Assembly (NCBI GenBank): GCA_038087875.1
Contig: JAXLNO010000680.1
Span: 310,001 to 374,000, forward strand
Reading direction: 5' to 3'
From: Malacoraja senta
Taxonomy: Eukaryota
Length of the DNA: 64,000 bases
Below, piece after piece: positions 49,130 to 62,612 of this stretch. The notes under the pieces were generated by a model. It worked only from the letters and a program-made list of their open reading frames with translations. It was not told where the DNA came from and searched no databases. The first letter of the stretch is position 1. The number at the start of each line of letters is the position of its first letter. The position numbers and the translations under genes are program-made.

Positions 49130-49640
49130 ACTTGTTTAAGAAGGAACTGCAGATGCTGGAAAAATCGAAGGTAGACAAAAATGCTGGAGAAACTCAGTGG
49201 GTGAGGCAGCATCTATGGAGAGAAGGAATAGGTGACGTTTTGGGGTCGAGGACCCTTCTTCAGACTGATGTGGAGTGGGGGGTCGGGAAGAAGAAAGGAA
49301 GAGGTGGAGGACAGTGGGCTGTGGGAGAGCTGGGAAGGAGAGGGGAACGAGGGAGAAAGCAAGAACTACCTGAAATTGGAGAAACATAGAAACATAGAAA
49401 CATAGAAAATAGTGCAGCAGTAGGCCATTCGGCCCTTCGAGCATGCACCGCCATTCAATGTGATCATGGCTGATCATCCAACTCAGTATCCTGTACCTGC
49501 CTTCTCTCCATACCCCCTCATCCCTTTAGCCACAAGGGCCACATCTAACTCCCTCTTAAATATAGCCAATGAACTGGCCTCAACTACCTTCTGTGGCAGA
49601 GAATTCCACAGAAGTCAATGTTCATACCGCTGGGGTATAA
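49130..49640 (-). mobile_element. Penelope 3' terminal repeat interrupted by a short CR1 (49381-49610)
   Basis: Same terminal sequence as 56290-56530; (CATAGAAA)n CR1 tail on the plus strand. Confidence 0.75.
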
Positions 49641-50234
49641 ACTACGTAGTTTACATCCCAGGGTCGAAACCCTTCTTTTCGGGTCGAGTCCCTTCTTCCT
49701 CCACTTACTGTATTAAGATTCTGGAGTTGGAGTATTTGGAGTATTGTAAGCAGTTTTGGCCACGATATCTGAGGAAGGATATTTTGGCTCTGGACAGGGT
49801 CCAGAGGAAATTTACAAGAATGATCCCAGGAATGAGTGGGTTAACATATGATGAGCGTTTGACGGCAATAGTCCTGTACTTGCTGGAGTTTAGAAGAATG
49901 AGGGGGACCCACATTGAAACTTACCGAATAGTGAAAGGCTTGGATAGAGTGGATGTCTAGGACTCAAGTTCAAGTTCAAAGTTCACATTTATTGTCACAT
50001 GCGCCAATTGGTACCGTGACATTTGAGTTACCATACAGCCATACAAATAAAAGGAGCACAATACAAGATACAGTTTAACATAAACATCCACCACAGCGGA
50101 ATCAACGTTTCACACTGTGATGGAAGGCAATAAAGTTCAGTCAGCTTCCTCTTTGTTCACCCGTGGTCAGGGCCTTGAACCCTCCGCAGTCACCGCTAGG
50201 GACGGCCCAATGTACAGGCCCTCTCACCGGGATG

Positions 50235-50561
50235 GTCGACAGCCTTTGGCCTCCCCGCTGCATATGGTCCCGAATGCATCTGGGGGGTGGAGACCGTGCG
50301 GTGATTACAGGTGCCTGTACGCGGTGACCACAGCGGACCGCTGCCTCATATCCAGGATTTCCCCGCGCACCTCAAGGTTGACCTCGTCCGGGGTTACAAC
50401 CAAATCCCCGTGCACCCCGAAGACGTCCCGAAAACCACCACGATCACCCCATTCGGCCTATTCGAATGGCTTTGAATAAATAACGCCACATAGGCATTCC
50501 AGCAGCTGATGGACCAGGTCGGGCAGAGACTGCCTTTCGTGTTCATTTATCTGGACGACAT
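50235..50561 (+). mobile_element. Gypsy reverse-transcriptase fragment
   Basis: ASPLHMVP...GWRPCGDYR, DLVRGYNQIPVHPEDVPKTTTITPFGLFE and FVFIYLDD. Confidence 0.88.
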
Positions 50562-51358
50562 AAATGTGAGGTTGTCCACATTGGTAGCAAAAACAGGAAG
50601 GCAGATTATTATCTAAATGGGGTCAAGGTGGGAAAAGGGGAAGTACAATGGGATCTGGGGCCCTTGTTCATCCAGTCAATGAAAGTAAGCATGCAGGTAC
50701 AGCAGGCAGTGAAGAAAGCGAATGGCATGTCGGCCTTTATAACAAGAGGAGTTGAGAACAGGAGCAAAGAGGTCCTTCTGCAGTTGTAAAAGGCCCTAGT
50801 GAGAGCACACCTGGAGTATTGTGTGCAGTTTTGGACCCCTAATTTGAGGAAGGACATTCTTGCTATTGAGGGAGTGCAGCGTTAGGTTTACAAGGTTAAT
50901 TCCCGGGATGGCTGGACCGTCATATGCTGAGAGAATGGAGAGGTGTGGCTTGTATACTCTGTGGAGTTTAGAAATATGAGAGTGGATCTTATTGAAACAT
51001 ATAAGATTATTAAGGGTTTGGACATGCTAGCGGCAGGAAACATGTTCCCAATGTTGGGGGAGTCCAGAACCAAGGGCCACAGTTTAAGGATAAGGAGTAA
51101 GCAATTTAGAACGAAGATGAGGAAACACTTTTTCCACACAGAGAGTTGTGAGTCTGTGGAATTCTCTGCCTCGGAGGGCGGTGGAGGCTGGATACTTTCA
51201 AGAGATAGCTAGATAGGGGTCTTAAAGAGCGGAGTCAGGGGATATGGGGCGAAGGCAGGAACGGGGGTACTGATTGGGGATGATCAGCCATGATCACATT
51301 GAATGGCGGTGCTGGCTCGAAGGGCCGAATGGCCTACTCCTGTACCTATTTTCTATGT
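50562..51358 (+). mobile_element. 5'-truncated CR1 LINE
   Basis: CR1 ORF2 3' part with frameshifts; TTTTCTATG tail. Confidence 0.9.
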
Positions 51359-52041
51359 TAACCCGGTTCCCTGACTTATTTTGGTTTAGTTCAGTTTGGT
51401 TTATTGTCACGTGTACTGAGGTAGAGTGAAAAGCTTTTGTTGCGTGCTAACCAGTCAGCGGAAAGACAATATATGATTACAATTGAGACATTCACAGTGA
51501 ACACATACATGATAAAGGAATAACTTTCAGTTCATAAGTTCATAAGTGATAGGAGCAGAATTAGGCCATTCGGCACATCAAGTCTACTCCGACATTCAAT
51601 CATGGCTGAGCGATCTCTCCTGACCCCATTCTCCTGCCTTCTCCCTGTAACTCCTGACACCTGACCCCCAGTGCAAGATGGAGCCAGTGAAATCTGATCA
51701 AAGATAGCCCGAGGATCTCCAAGTGAGGTGGATAGTAGTTCAGGATTGCCGTAACACTAAGGAACAGAGGAGACTAAAGCATGAATGATATATTTGGTCA
51801 GCTTAATTAAGTGGCTTCACTCAGTATCAGCTCCATATTGGTGTGACAATAATATTAGAGCAACATAAAAGACCTAGATGAAAAGAAAATTTACCTCCAG
51901 GATTAATCATTATCTATTAAAACTAGTATATTCACTCTTTGAATCCAAAGTTCATACCAACACCTGCACATTTAGTGTAGTGATTACAATTAGGTGGTTT
52001 GCTTATCCCAGCCAAGGCCAATGAAATGTTCATCATTATTA

Positions 52042-52373
52042 GTTTGGTTTAGTTTAGTTTATTTTAGTTTAGTTTAGAGAATCAGCGTGAAAGCAGGCCT
52101 TCGGCCCACCGAGTCCGCACCAACCAGCGATCCCACACACTAACACTATCCTGCACGCACAAGGGAAAATTTTACATTTCTACCAAGCCAATTAACCTAC
52201 AAACCTGCACGTATTTGGAGTGTGGGAGGAAACCGAAGATCTCGGCTAAAAATCCACGCAGGTCAAGGGAAGAACCTACAAACTCCATATAGACAAGCAC
52301 CCGTAGTCAGGATCGAACCCAGATCTCTGGCGTTTGAGGCATTAGCTCTACCACTACGCCACCGTGCCACCCG
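52042..52373 (-). mobile_element. tRNA-derived SINE, near full length
   Basis: Minus strand begins GGGTGGCACGGTGGCGTAGTGG (A box) with GGTTCGATCC (B box); (CTAAA)n tail. Confidence 0.85.
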
Positions 52374-52449
52374 TCATTCTCCCCATTTTTGATTTTGAGA
52401 ATTTTCCGTCTTTGAGGCATTCATGTGTGTCGTCCTTTCATTAGTTGGA

Positions 52450-52922
52450 AAGGTAGAGAAGATTTCCGAGGGTGTTGCCAGCACGAGAGGGTCTGAGCTG
52501 TAGGGAGAGGTTTAGTAGGCTGGGACTCTATTCCTTGGAGCGCAGGAAGATGAGGGGTGATCTTATAAAGGTGTATAAAATCATAAGAGGAATAGATCAG
52601 GTAGATGCACAGAGTCTCTTGCCCAAAGTGGGGGAATCGAGGACCAGAGGACATGGGTTTGAGGTGGAGAGGAAAAGATTTAATAGGAATCTGAGGGATA
52701 ACTTTTTCACACAAAGGGTGGTGGGTGTATGGAACAAGCTGCCAGAGGAGGTAGTTGAGGCTGGGACTATCCCAACGTTTAAGAATCAGTTAGACAGGTA
52801 CATGGATAAGACAGGTTTGGAGGGATGTGAACCAAACACAGGCAGGTGGGACTACTGTAGCTGGGGAAATGTTGGGCCGGTGTGGGCAAGTTGGGCCTGT
52901 TTCCACACTGTATCACTCTGTG
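52450..52922 (+). mobile_element. CR1 3' fragment (second subfamily)
   Basis: ORF 52472-52945 ...RLGLYSLERRKMRGDLIKVYKII... Confidence 0.88.
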
Positions 52923-53544
52923 ACACTATTAGTTGTTGCAGATGAAGACGATGGTATGTCTGCATATATCGTAGCTGGAATGACGTTGATGAAGGTTTGC
53001 AAAGATATTAGACAAAGTAAGTAATTAAGTAAGTAATTTTTATTTATATAGCACTTTTAAATCAAATCACGTTGAAGCCAAAATGCTTTACAGAGAAGAA
53101 ATCAGATTACCATACATCCATATAAAATAAAAAAGACACAACACACTATAGAATTTAACATGAACGGCCCCCACAGCAGAATCAGCACTTTCCATTGTGA
53201 GGGAAGGCACTAAAAAGTCCAGTCCTCCTCCTCTTATTTCACCCGAGGTCGGGGCCTATTTGAGGCATGCGCAGTCAACGCAACGGCGGCCCGATGTTGC
53301 AGGCCCTCTCGCCGGATGATGCATGGTCGTCCGTAGGGGGGGGGGGGGGGGAGGAGGGTGCGCCGTGTGCGATCGCATCCCCCCTTTTTTCCCAGAGTAA
53401 AATAAAATCCAGTGAAAAAAAAAATTGGGGCGCAATATTGTTTTATTCTACACAAGGGCAGAGGGAGCCTTGCCTTTGGGCTCCTTGGCCCTCTTGCAGC
53501 CGTACAGCCACTGGATGACCGTGGGCATTGCGCTCGATGACCAA

Positions 53545-54720
53545 GAGGGCAGAGGTTGGAGAGAGAGGGGGGAGAGTGTAGGGCGAGAGTGGGGGAGAGA
53601 GTGGGGAGGGGGGTGGAGAGAGGGGGAGGAGAGAAAGGGTGGAGAGAGAGGGTGGGGAGAATGGGTGCAGAGAGGGGGCGAGAGAGGGGGGTGAGAGAGG
53701 AGGGGGAAGAGCGGAGGGAGAGAGGAGGGGGAAGAGAGAGGAGGAGGAGGGGGAGGGAGGGAGGAGAGAGGAGGGGGGAGAGTGAGGGGGGAGAGATGGG
53801 GGAGAGGGGAGGGAGGGAGAGGAAGGAGGGGAGAGAAGGGGGGGAGAGGAAGAGGGGAGCAGGGCGGGCAGCGGGCGGAACGGGGCAGCAGCGAGCTGAA
53901 TGGGGGGGCGGTGGTGTTGGTGAGGAGGGAGGCGGCCTGCGGCATCACCCACACACACACTAACCATCACCATTGATATTATATTAATATCATTCATTTA
54001 CTCTTTTTACCCAATCCCCGCCCTATCCACTCACGCATAGCCCCCAACTCGCAGGTGCATCTGGGAGGGGGTAGAGAGAGAGAGAGAGCAGAGAGAAGGG
54101 GGATAGAGACAGAGTGGGAGGAGCAGAGACAGAGAGAGAGGGGCAGAGACAGAGAGAGAGGGGGGAGAGAGAGTGAAGGTGGTGCGAGAGGTTGGAGAGA
54201 GAGGGGGAGAGAGGGGGGAGAGGTAGGGAAAGAGGGGGGGGCAGAGTGGGGGAGAGAGGGGAGGAGAGAAGGGCAGAGGGGTGGAGAGAGAGGGGGGGAG
54301 GGGGGGAGAGCCAGGGGGAGAGAGGGGGAGAGAGGGGGGAAGAGAGAGGAGGGGGGAGAGAGGAGGGGGGAGAGAGGAGGGTGGATAGAGGAGGGGGGGT
54401 TAGAGTAGGGGGAGAAAGAGGGGGAGAGGAGGAGGGGGAAAGGTGGAGGGGGGAGGAGGAGGGGGGGAGAGGAGGGGGGGAGAGAGGAGGGGGGAGAGAG
54501 GAGGAGGGATAGAGGGGGAGAGGAGGAGGGGGGAGAGGAGGAGGGGGAGAGGAGGAGGGGGGAGAGGGGGAGAGGAGGAGGGGGGAGAGGAGGAGGGGGG
54601 AGAGGAGGAGGGGGGAGAGGAGGAGGGGGAAGAGGAGGAGGGGGGGAGAGGAGGAGGGGGAGAGGAGGAGGGGGGAGTGATTGGAATGGGCAGCAGCGTG
54701 CGGAGGGGGGGGGGGAAGCT
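53545..54720. repeat. Long polypurine (G/A) low-complexity tracts
   Basis: GGAG/GAGG-rich strands at 53545-53860 and 54060-54680. Confidence 0.9.
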
Positions 54721-55930
54721 GTGGGCGGCCCTGGGCTGGGCTTGCGAGCGGCACGGGCAGGAGATGTCACGCGAAGCTCGTGAACACCATGTGCAGCCAT
54801 TGTGACATCATCACGTCATCAGCCCAAAGCCAGCGGATTTATTTACTAAGTTCTTTAAGATTTTGAACATTTTGATTAATAAATCGAGAAATAATGCATG
54901 AAATTTTCAGATAAGGCGATTTTTAACTTCACGGCATAAATCTCTATCGGAATATGTAAAAGCATTCCATTAGAGCGTCGTTTCTTGAGTAGATGTGATT
55001 ATAAACCCACACACACTCGCATACATCAGAGTTTTAATAATAGTGGGACCCTTTGGATCCCGTCCCCATAACGCGCCGGTTACAGGGGGGGGGGGGCCTG
55101 CGGTATCACACACTCACACTAACCACCCCTTCCCCTTAAACACGCACACTCAACCCCCCCCCCCTTACACACACTAACCACCTCCACACACACACTAACC
55201 ACCCCCATTGATATGATATTAATATTATTCATCCACTCCTTTTACCCCATCTTTTTACCCCTTTTACCCCTTTTACCCCATCCCCCGCCCTATCCACACG
55301 CATAGCCGCCAACTCGCAGGCGCGGGTAGAGAGGGAGGGGGGTAGGGAGAGAGGGGACACAGAGGCACAGAAAGGGACACAGGGGCACAGAGAGGGGCAA
55401 ATAGAGGGACACAGAAAATGACACAGGCACAGAAAGTGACACAGTGGCACAGAGAGGGACACAGAGGCACAGAGAGAGACAGAGGCACAAAGAGGGGCAC
55501 GGAGAGGGACACAGAGGGACACAGAGGCACAGTGAGGGACACAGAGAGGAACACGGATGCACAGAGAGGGAACAGAGGGGGAGGGGGGAGGAGAGAGGGG
55601 GCGAGATGGATGTGAGGGGGGTAGAGAGGAAGCGGGGGGGCAGAGAGGGAGGGGGTGGAGTTTGAGGGGTGTGGGCGTATGGTCACGAGGGAGGGCTGGT
55701 TCCTGAACGTAGTTTTATTTTCTAAGTTCTTTCACATTTGTGAACATTTTGATTGATAACTCGAGAAATAATGCATGCATTTTTCAGATGAGGCAATTTC
55801 GGAGTCCATGGGATAAATCTCTATTGCATTATGTTAAAAAAATTACCATTAGCGCGTGGTTTTTTTCGACCAGATGTGATTATTCACACACTCACACCCA
55901 CACACATCCAAGATCAGAGTTTTAAGTATA
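53930..55930 (-). mobile_element. Two tandem non-autonomous Helitron-like elements (~53930-55041, ~55042-55930)
   Basis: Both share ACACACTAACCA...ATTAATATTATTCAT and a terminal ...GATCAGAGTTTTAA. A subterminal hairpin GGGACCC-TTT-GGATCCC lies at 55045-55061. Both have variable GA-rich interiors. Confidence 0.5.
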
Positions 55931-55931
55931 T

Positions 55932-56288
55932 TGTGGCGGCAGCCTATACACGGGTCACTTATGCTCGAACCTTCGTCAGGAAGTACGAGGGCGGGCACGT
56001 GACATCATGGGCTAGAGGGAGTGTCCTGGTACTTAAGGTCATCTCACCTCGAGACCTTAAGGTATTCAACCGGTAGCTGAGCCCGAGGGAACAACCTCGC
56101 TCAGCTACAGCAACACTGTTATGATAGTCGGCACCAACCTAACGTGTCAGCGCTGAATAAACGACTCTTTGAACCGGCCTGACGTCTCACCTTTATTCAC
56201 CACGTCCGGTGCCACTACACTGGTGACCCCCGACTGTCCAAATTGAAATTTGGATTTAACCTGACGCACGGAGCCTCGGGAGGGAGAC
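55932..56288 (+). mobile_element. LTR (55932-56219) with tRNA-Trp-type PBS, truncated
   Basis: TG...CA termini, AATAAA at ~56156 and TGGTGACCCCGAC at 56221-56233. The internal region is cut by the Penelope element. Confidence 0.8.
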
Positions 56289-56960
56289 CTAAGGTACACA
56301 AAAATGCTGGAGAAACTCAGCGGGTGCAGCAGCATCTATGGAGCGAAGGAAATAGGCAACGTTTCGGGCCGAAACCCTTCTTCAGACTGATAGGGGGTGG
56401 GGAGAAGAAAGGAAAAAAAGGAAAAAAGGCGGAGGAGGGGCCCGAGGGCTGGGGGGAGGGGAAGAGACAACCAGAGGGCTGATGAGGGGGAGGGGACAGC
56501 AAGGGCTAGCAGAATTGGGAGAATTCAATGTTCAAGCCCCCAGATGTAGACTGCGGAATATGAGGTGCATTTCCTCCAATTTCCGGTGTTGCTCGCTGTG
56601 GCCATGGTGGAGACCCAGGACAGAGAGGTCGGATACGGAATGGGAGGGGGAGTTGAAGTGCTGAGCCACCGGGAGGTCAGGTTGGTTATTGCGGACCGAC
56701 CGGAGGTGTTGGGCGAAACGATCGCCAAGCATCCGCTTGGTCTCACCGATGTAGATCAGCTGGCATCTAGAGCAGCGGATGCAATAGATGAGGTTGGAGG
56801 AGAAGCAGGTGAACCTCTGTCGCACCTGCTTAGGTCCTTGAATGGAGTCGAGGGGGGAGGTGAAGGGACAAGTGTTGCAACTCTTGCGGTTGCAAGGGAA
56901 AGTACCCGGGGAGGGCGTGGTATGGGAGGGAAGGGAAGAATTGACAAGGGACAAGAATTG
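56289..56960 (-). mobile_element. Penelope-like element 3' end: GIY-YIG endonuclease plus terminal repeat
   Basis: ORF 56532-56954 FPCNRKSCNTC...NLIYCIRCSRCQLIYIGETKRMLGDRFAQH...RKLEE. Confidence 0.92.
56355..56390 (-). ncRNA. Minimal hammerhead-ribozyme-like motif
   Basis: Minus strand CAGU-CUGAAGA-A-GGG(UUUCGG)CCC-GAAA-C-GUU-GCC: CUGANGA and GAAA core boxes around a hairpin, downstream of a Penelope ORF. Confidence 0.55.
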
Positions 56961-57107
56961 ACTGATGTCTACAGCCGGCTGCCCAGCCCAGCAGAACTAC
57001 GCTGCTGCCAACCCGGCCCTGCAGTGAGGTATGCCGCTACATCTGGGATGACGCCTCTTCCCCACCAGCTGCCGCTGCTGCTGCCGCCGCTGTTCCGCTC
57101 CCGGCAA

Positions 57108-57308
57108 CNNNNNNNNNNNNNNNNNNNNNNNNNNNNNNNNNNNNNNNNNNNNNNNNNNNNNNNNNNNNNNNNNNNNNNNNNNNNNNNNNNNNNNNNNNNN
57201 NNNNNNNNNNNNNNNNNNNNNNNNNNNNNNNNNNNNNNNNNNNNNNNNNNNNNNNNNNNNNNNNNNNNNNNNNNNNNNNNNNNNNNNNNNNNNNNNNNNN
57301 NNNNNNNN
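57108..57308. other. Assembly gap (~200 N)
   Basis: Run of N. Confidence 1.
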
Positions 57309-58180
57309 CGGATGGAATTTTGTGGGGCTACTCTATATGAAGTGGCGGCGCGGCACTGGCTGCAGCGGCTCATCGGCAGTCCTGTTTGTGTTTTTTGTGT
57401 TGTTTATTTCGTTTTGGTTAGTCTAGTTTTTGGTTTTTAGTTTGTGTTTTGGGGGGGTGGGGGGTTGTAACGGGGTTTGCAGTCTCTCCCTGCGGGGGAA
57501 TGCGACTTTTTGTCGTATTCCCCTTCTCTGCCTCCGTCTGCGCTGAGGCCTAATGGAGGTCTCGAGGCGACCTCGAGGCTCCGGAGGCAGAGCCCGTCAG
57601 GACTCGCCCTAAGCTCGCTCCCGTGAGGGTGGTCCGGCTCAGGGCTGGAACAGTGCTCCCGTGAGCGCCCAAGTCGGGGCGGCCTGGCCCGAGGGAGGTT
57701 CGGCCCGGGGAAGAAGCGACGCCCAAGTCGGGGCGGCCCAGCCCGGGGGAGAAGCGATGCCCATGTCGGAGCGGCCCGGCCCGGGGGAGGTTCGGCGCCC
57801 ATGTCGGGGCGGCCCAGCCCGAGGCTGAAGACGGCACGGTACTCACGTGAGAGTGGCTGGGACGGTGTTCTGGCGGTGGTGGCCTGAGTCCGGGGTTCGG
57901 CCGCGGGGCCAGCGGCTGCATCTGCAGGACTGGTGGGCGGCAGCTTCGACCACCCCGGGCCGCGGGAAACATCGCCCGGGGGGTATCGCCTCAGCGCAGT
58001 GGGAGAAGAGGAGGGAAGAGACTGCAGACCTAAGACTTTTGCCTCCATCACAGTGAGGAGATGTTGGGTGGACTCACTGTGGTGGATGTTAATATGTGTT
58101 TATTGTTGTTTTATGTATGACTGTTGCAATTTCGTTCAGACTTCGGTCTGAATGACAATAAAGGGCTATCTAATCTAATC
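57309..58180 (+). mobile_element. GC-rich non-coding element with LINE-type tail and ~42-bp internal repeats
   Basis: GCCCA(A/T)GTCGGGGCGGCCC repeats at 57667-57822; ends GACAATAAA...(ATCTA)n and abuts the duplicated DIRS sequence. Confidence 0.6.
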
Positions 58181-61100
58181 TACCGGCGGAAGATGCATAT
58201 CTAGCTATTCATACATATCGCTGATAATATAATCAGCAGCTAATGACTAGAGCAGAACCACAGTTTCCCTTAATTGTGAGAAAACTAGTTTCCTGTCAAC
58301 TCTAGACTATTAGAGCCATGATGGATACGTTGCGTTTCCCTTCAGAGTGGAGATTAGTATAATGCAAAGTTGAATCAAGAATTACCTCGCAGACCATTGA
58401 CTGAGACTACATGTCTAAATCTCCAGGGTGCATAACACAATTTGTTGGACGCACCACTCAATCAGGAATAGTGGTATTGAGAAACTATGGATTATTATAA
58501 ACACATTGTTGATTGACAACATGACCTGCAAGTCAAAAAAAGTTATAATATATTGCAGACGAGCTTTCTGCTGGTAACTATCTGTCCCAGAGAAAATGGC
58601 AATGAAGATTCCAATGAACCAGTGACTCTGGTAAATGAGGAATATAAACCATATGTTGAGAAAAACTTCAACTACTTAATTCTATTGCCCAGTCTGATAC
58701 CTCTCATAGATGATGAAGCAGTGCTTCTCTGGTCACTATGACTGTATAGTCAGCCAGATTCATGATGGTCTACCCTGATCCAGGGTAACCAAACTGTTCC
58801 TACTTGGAGCTTACAGAGGTGACTGTGTAAGGCACCTTGCCAATGTCTCTACATCAATCTGATGTTAACTCAGAGACAGTAAAAACCGTCCAGACAGCCA
58901 TGCTGGTAGTAAACCTTAAGGTGGGCCAACAGACTGCTCCATTTCGGGTTTACGGAAGTTAATGATGAGACCTACTTACCAGCGTCTCTAACCCCTGGTC
59001 GCTTACCTTCGTTGGAGCTTCAGCGAAGTTCCATTTGCAGACTCTGTCCATCATGTGTGTCATTTCTGTTAGATAGCTGATGCTGCTGGCCAACTTCTCT
59101 TGTAGTGGCTAGTCCGTCCCCGATGGAGCAGCAATTTTAGAGGGAAGCACACCGCTTTTCCTCATGCGATTGTCGTACATCATGCATTAAAGCATGGGAT
59201 CCCGGCACGTAGTCATATTCGGGGTCATGTTTGGAGTTAGTCCGTACCGACCTTTGACACTCTCTTGGTGGGACAACTGCACCTTGAACCAGGTGTTACC
59301 ATCCGTATGCCTCGAACTGTCTGTGCATGCTTCTATACTGAGCATATTTGCGACACCATCTCCGATAGTCTTTCGGGTGGGAGGAAAAATGCGAACCTTG
59401 AAACCAAGGCAGCTGCAGGCATATGACTTGAACTGCCTGTGTATGCTTCCGTGATACGGGGCATAATATATGCGGCTCCATCTTCATACTTCATACATCC
59501 GAATGGGAGGACTTATGCAAACCTGAACCAGGAGCTGCCTCAGGCATGTGTGCATATACTTTAGCACCATCTCCATCACTACGTTCAACCGAGTGGGAGG
59601 AAATTGCAACCCTGAACCAGGCGTTGCTTCAGGCTTATGTGCATACTCTTTAGCACCATCTTCACCACTCTGTTCATTTGAGTGGGAAGAAATTTGCAAC
59701 CCTGAACCAGGAGCTGCTGCCTGACATGCCTTAAGATGGAGCATTCCTTGTGTTATCATTTAATTCATCAGATGTTCGTGATTGAGACAAACCCCAATCT
59801 TGTCTGACATAGATGTCCCAAGACTTGGCACTTTGCCCCGACTTGGGGTTATCAGGTTGCTCCCTTGAGCAGCCGCCAGGACTAGCTGTGCAGATCGATG
59901 ATCTGTTGGTATCCTCATTTACCAAACAGGCTGCACGTGCTAGTGACTCCGAGTCCTGCTCCCTTCCGGTGCCAACACAGTATACAGGGAAGGACTGGAG
60001 CGCCTCTGGCCCCCATACCCCAGACAGAGTGGGAGAAATGCTGGAAACCTGACAGGTGTATGTCACAGGCAATAACGTTTACATGACTGAGAACCCTATC
60101 CCAATAAAATCAGAGATTTGATCACTTTATTGATATGCATAAAGTTGGCGTCTTTTGGAAAGGAATCTTCCACAGTCCCCTCTAATGAGAGGAAATGACC
60201 ATGACACCACCAGGTGTAGCTCCCACAGGTGACTGATAGGCACAGCTCAACAAGGCTTCCCCAAGCCGGGGGCTCTGGACTGCCATGGCAGGTCCAATTC
60301 CACTACACCTTTTTATTGGTGTAAGTGATAATAAATGTTCCTTGTAATTTTTCACTTTTAAACATAAAGTAAATTGGCATGATAATACATATTTAGGACA
60401 TTGCCAAGAATAAAACCTGAACTGATATTATGAATCAGAGGATACCAGCACAATGGTGCAGCTGGTAGAGCTGATGCGAGAGACCTGGGCTTACAGCACC
60501 AGACCAGGTTTTGATCCTGACCACAGATATATCTGTGTGGAGTTGGAGCTCATATGACGTATTGGCTATGATAGTCACAAACGTGACCCTGTGGCAACTA
60601 TTATAATGCCAACTTTATTATAGCCATACATTAAAAGAATACACTATATGTGCTAAATATAGCTGTAGCAGCAACCCAGTTAAATTTCATTGGTGCTACA
60701 GCAGACTGAACTTACCCAAGCGGTATTTAAAAAAACTCACCTGTAGTAACACCCGCAATTAATGTAAGTTCGCTGAATTTGTAACTCTGGCTGCCTGCTC
60801 CCGAGTGGAGTTGTGATGTCGGCCGCCTCTATAATTAGGGCCGTCTGCTGAAGACTGTAACGGCTACAGCCGTAAACCCAGTTTTAAACGAGCCTGTCGG
60901 CTCTGAACTGGGTCGTCCCCTGCCTTGTGCATACTAACGGCAAACAGCCGCATGAAACCCTCTAACTTGAGCCGCTTGCTCCCCTATGGGGACTGCGGCA
61001 AAATATACCCTACGCTAGCTACAGTGGAGCGGCTACTTTTTGGGGGGCCCGCTATAGAACGACCCAAAGAAAACTGACTTACCTTGCAGAGCAGCGCGGG

Positions 61101-62603
61101 AACTGCTCTGACTAGCGCCATGCGCTAGACGTAATAACGCGCATGCGGTCTGGCGGGCTTCTTCACGTAGTCACTCACGTGACTTCGAAATAAAATGTGC
61201 CCTATATCAATATTGTTGCATGCGCTACTGATGGAGCACCATCAATGATAGGTCGCCATTGTGGTTTTGTTGCTTATTTGAAGGAGGAAGTGCCAATGTG
61301 TATTCATTGTGTGGTACATATGTAACATCTTGTAGGAAAACATTTGAGTACAAGCCTTCATTCATAATTAAGTATAATAATTAGGGCTATAAATAAGATC
61401 AAATCGAATGCCCAAAATGATAGAATGTTTCGACAGCTGTGCCAGGACAATAATAAACAATTTATTAGGTTACCGTTACACACAGAAGTTTGTTGGCTCT
61501 CAAAGGATGCATGCTTGACTCGTTTTGTTGAATTATATGAGAGTGTCATACAGTTTTTGAAAGTGAAAATGAGGCTGGTCTCTGTCAACAATTAAAAACA
61601 ATAAAGCATCATGCATTTTATTTGGCAGGCATTTTTAAGAAATGTTATGAACCTAATTTGCAGCTTCAAGGAGCCAACATAACACTTATCAGTTGCAAAA
61701 ATGCTGTGGCATTATTTATCGAAAAACTTGATCTTTTCCGTCATAATCCTTTGAAGCAGGAATTTTATCAGTTTCCGGAATTGACATCAATAAAAGATCA
61801 TGAAACTCCAGAGGAGATTGAATGCTTCAGTGGTTACCTCAATGAACTTAAATTGGATATGGAAAAAGGATTTAGTGATAGTTTGAACTTGAAGGTGTAT
61901 GACTGGACGGTGAATCCTTTTACTGCAAATACTGTTGAGGCTGATATAACATGCCAAGAAGAACTATTAGAACTTAAATATGATGAAGAGAGCAAATCAA
62001 ATTTCAATAGTAGATACCAAAAACTCTGGCATGATTAAGAAATGTCTGCCTTATATTCAAATATGTGGCAAATGATATTAATTTATTGCAACCTTTCCCT
62101 ACCTCATAGCTAGTGGAATCAGGCTTTAGTGCTGTGAATCATATTGTCACCAAACAGAGAAACTGTCTGAAAATCACTGAAAGAGGAGACCTTCGCTTGT
62201 TCCTTACGAAAATCGAACCAGATATCCAACATTTAGTTTCTCAGCATGTGGCTCAATGATCTCATTAAATTAAAGGTAATTTCAATTAATTTTATTGTTT
62301 TATGCAGGGTATGTAACTCTAAAAAAATATATATATATTATTGGGCGGTACGGATATGCTACCCTCACGAAAGTTACAAAAGTTGGCGCTAAGTATTAAA
62401 AGGTTGAAGAGCACTGCTTTAAAAGGCGCTCATCAGACCACATTTAGAATATTGTGAGCAGTATGGGATACATATAGATAGATAGATAGATAGATAGAAT
62501 CTTTATTTGCCACACGACCAGGGTTGGTGGTATTTGGGTTCGGTACATGATGGTACACTGCTTTAGTCACATTAACACTAATAACAACACAGATCATAAT
62601 AAT
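58179..62603 (+). repeat. Near-identical duplicate of ~29104-33408 (DIRS 5' half, Buster hAT 3' half, LINE tail)
   Basis: Matching ORF pairs (29477/58553, 30000/59194, 30537/59731) and a 118-bp indel at ~58783-58901. Confidence 0.95.
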
Positions 62604-62612
62604 ATGTTATTA

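Noticed and set aside
53425..55686. Pro/Leu/Ser-rich and Gly/Glu/Arg-rich ORFs
   Set aside because: Low-complexity polypurine tracts, not coding.
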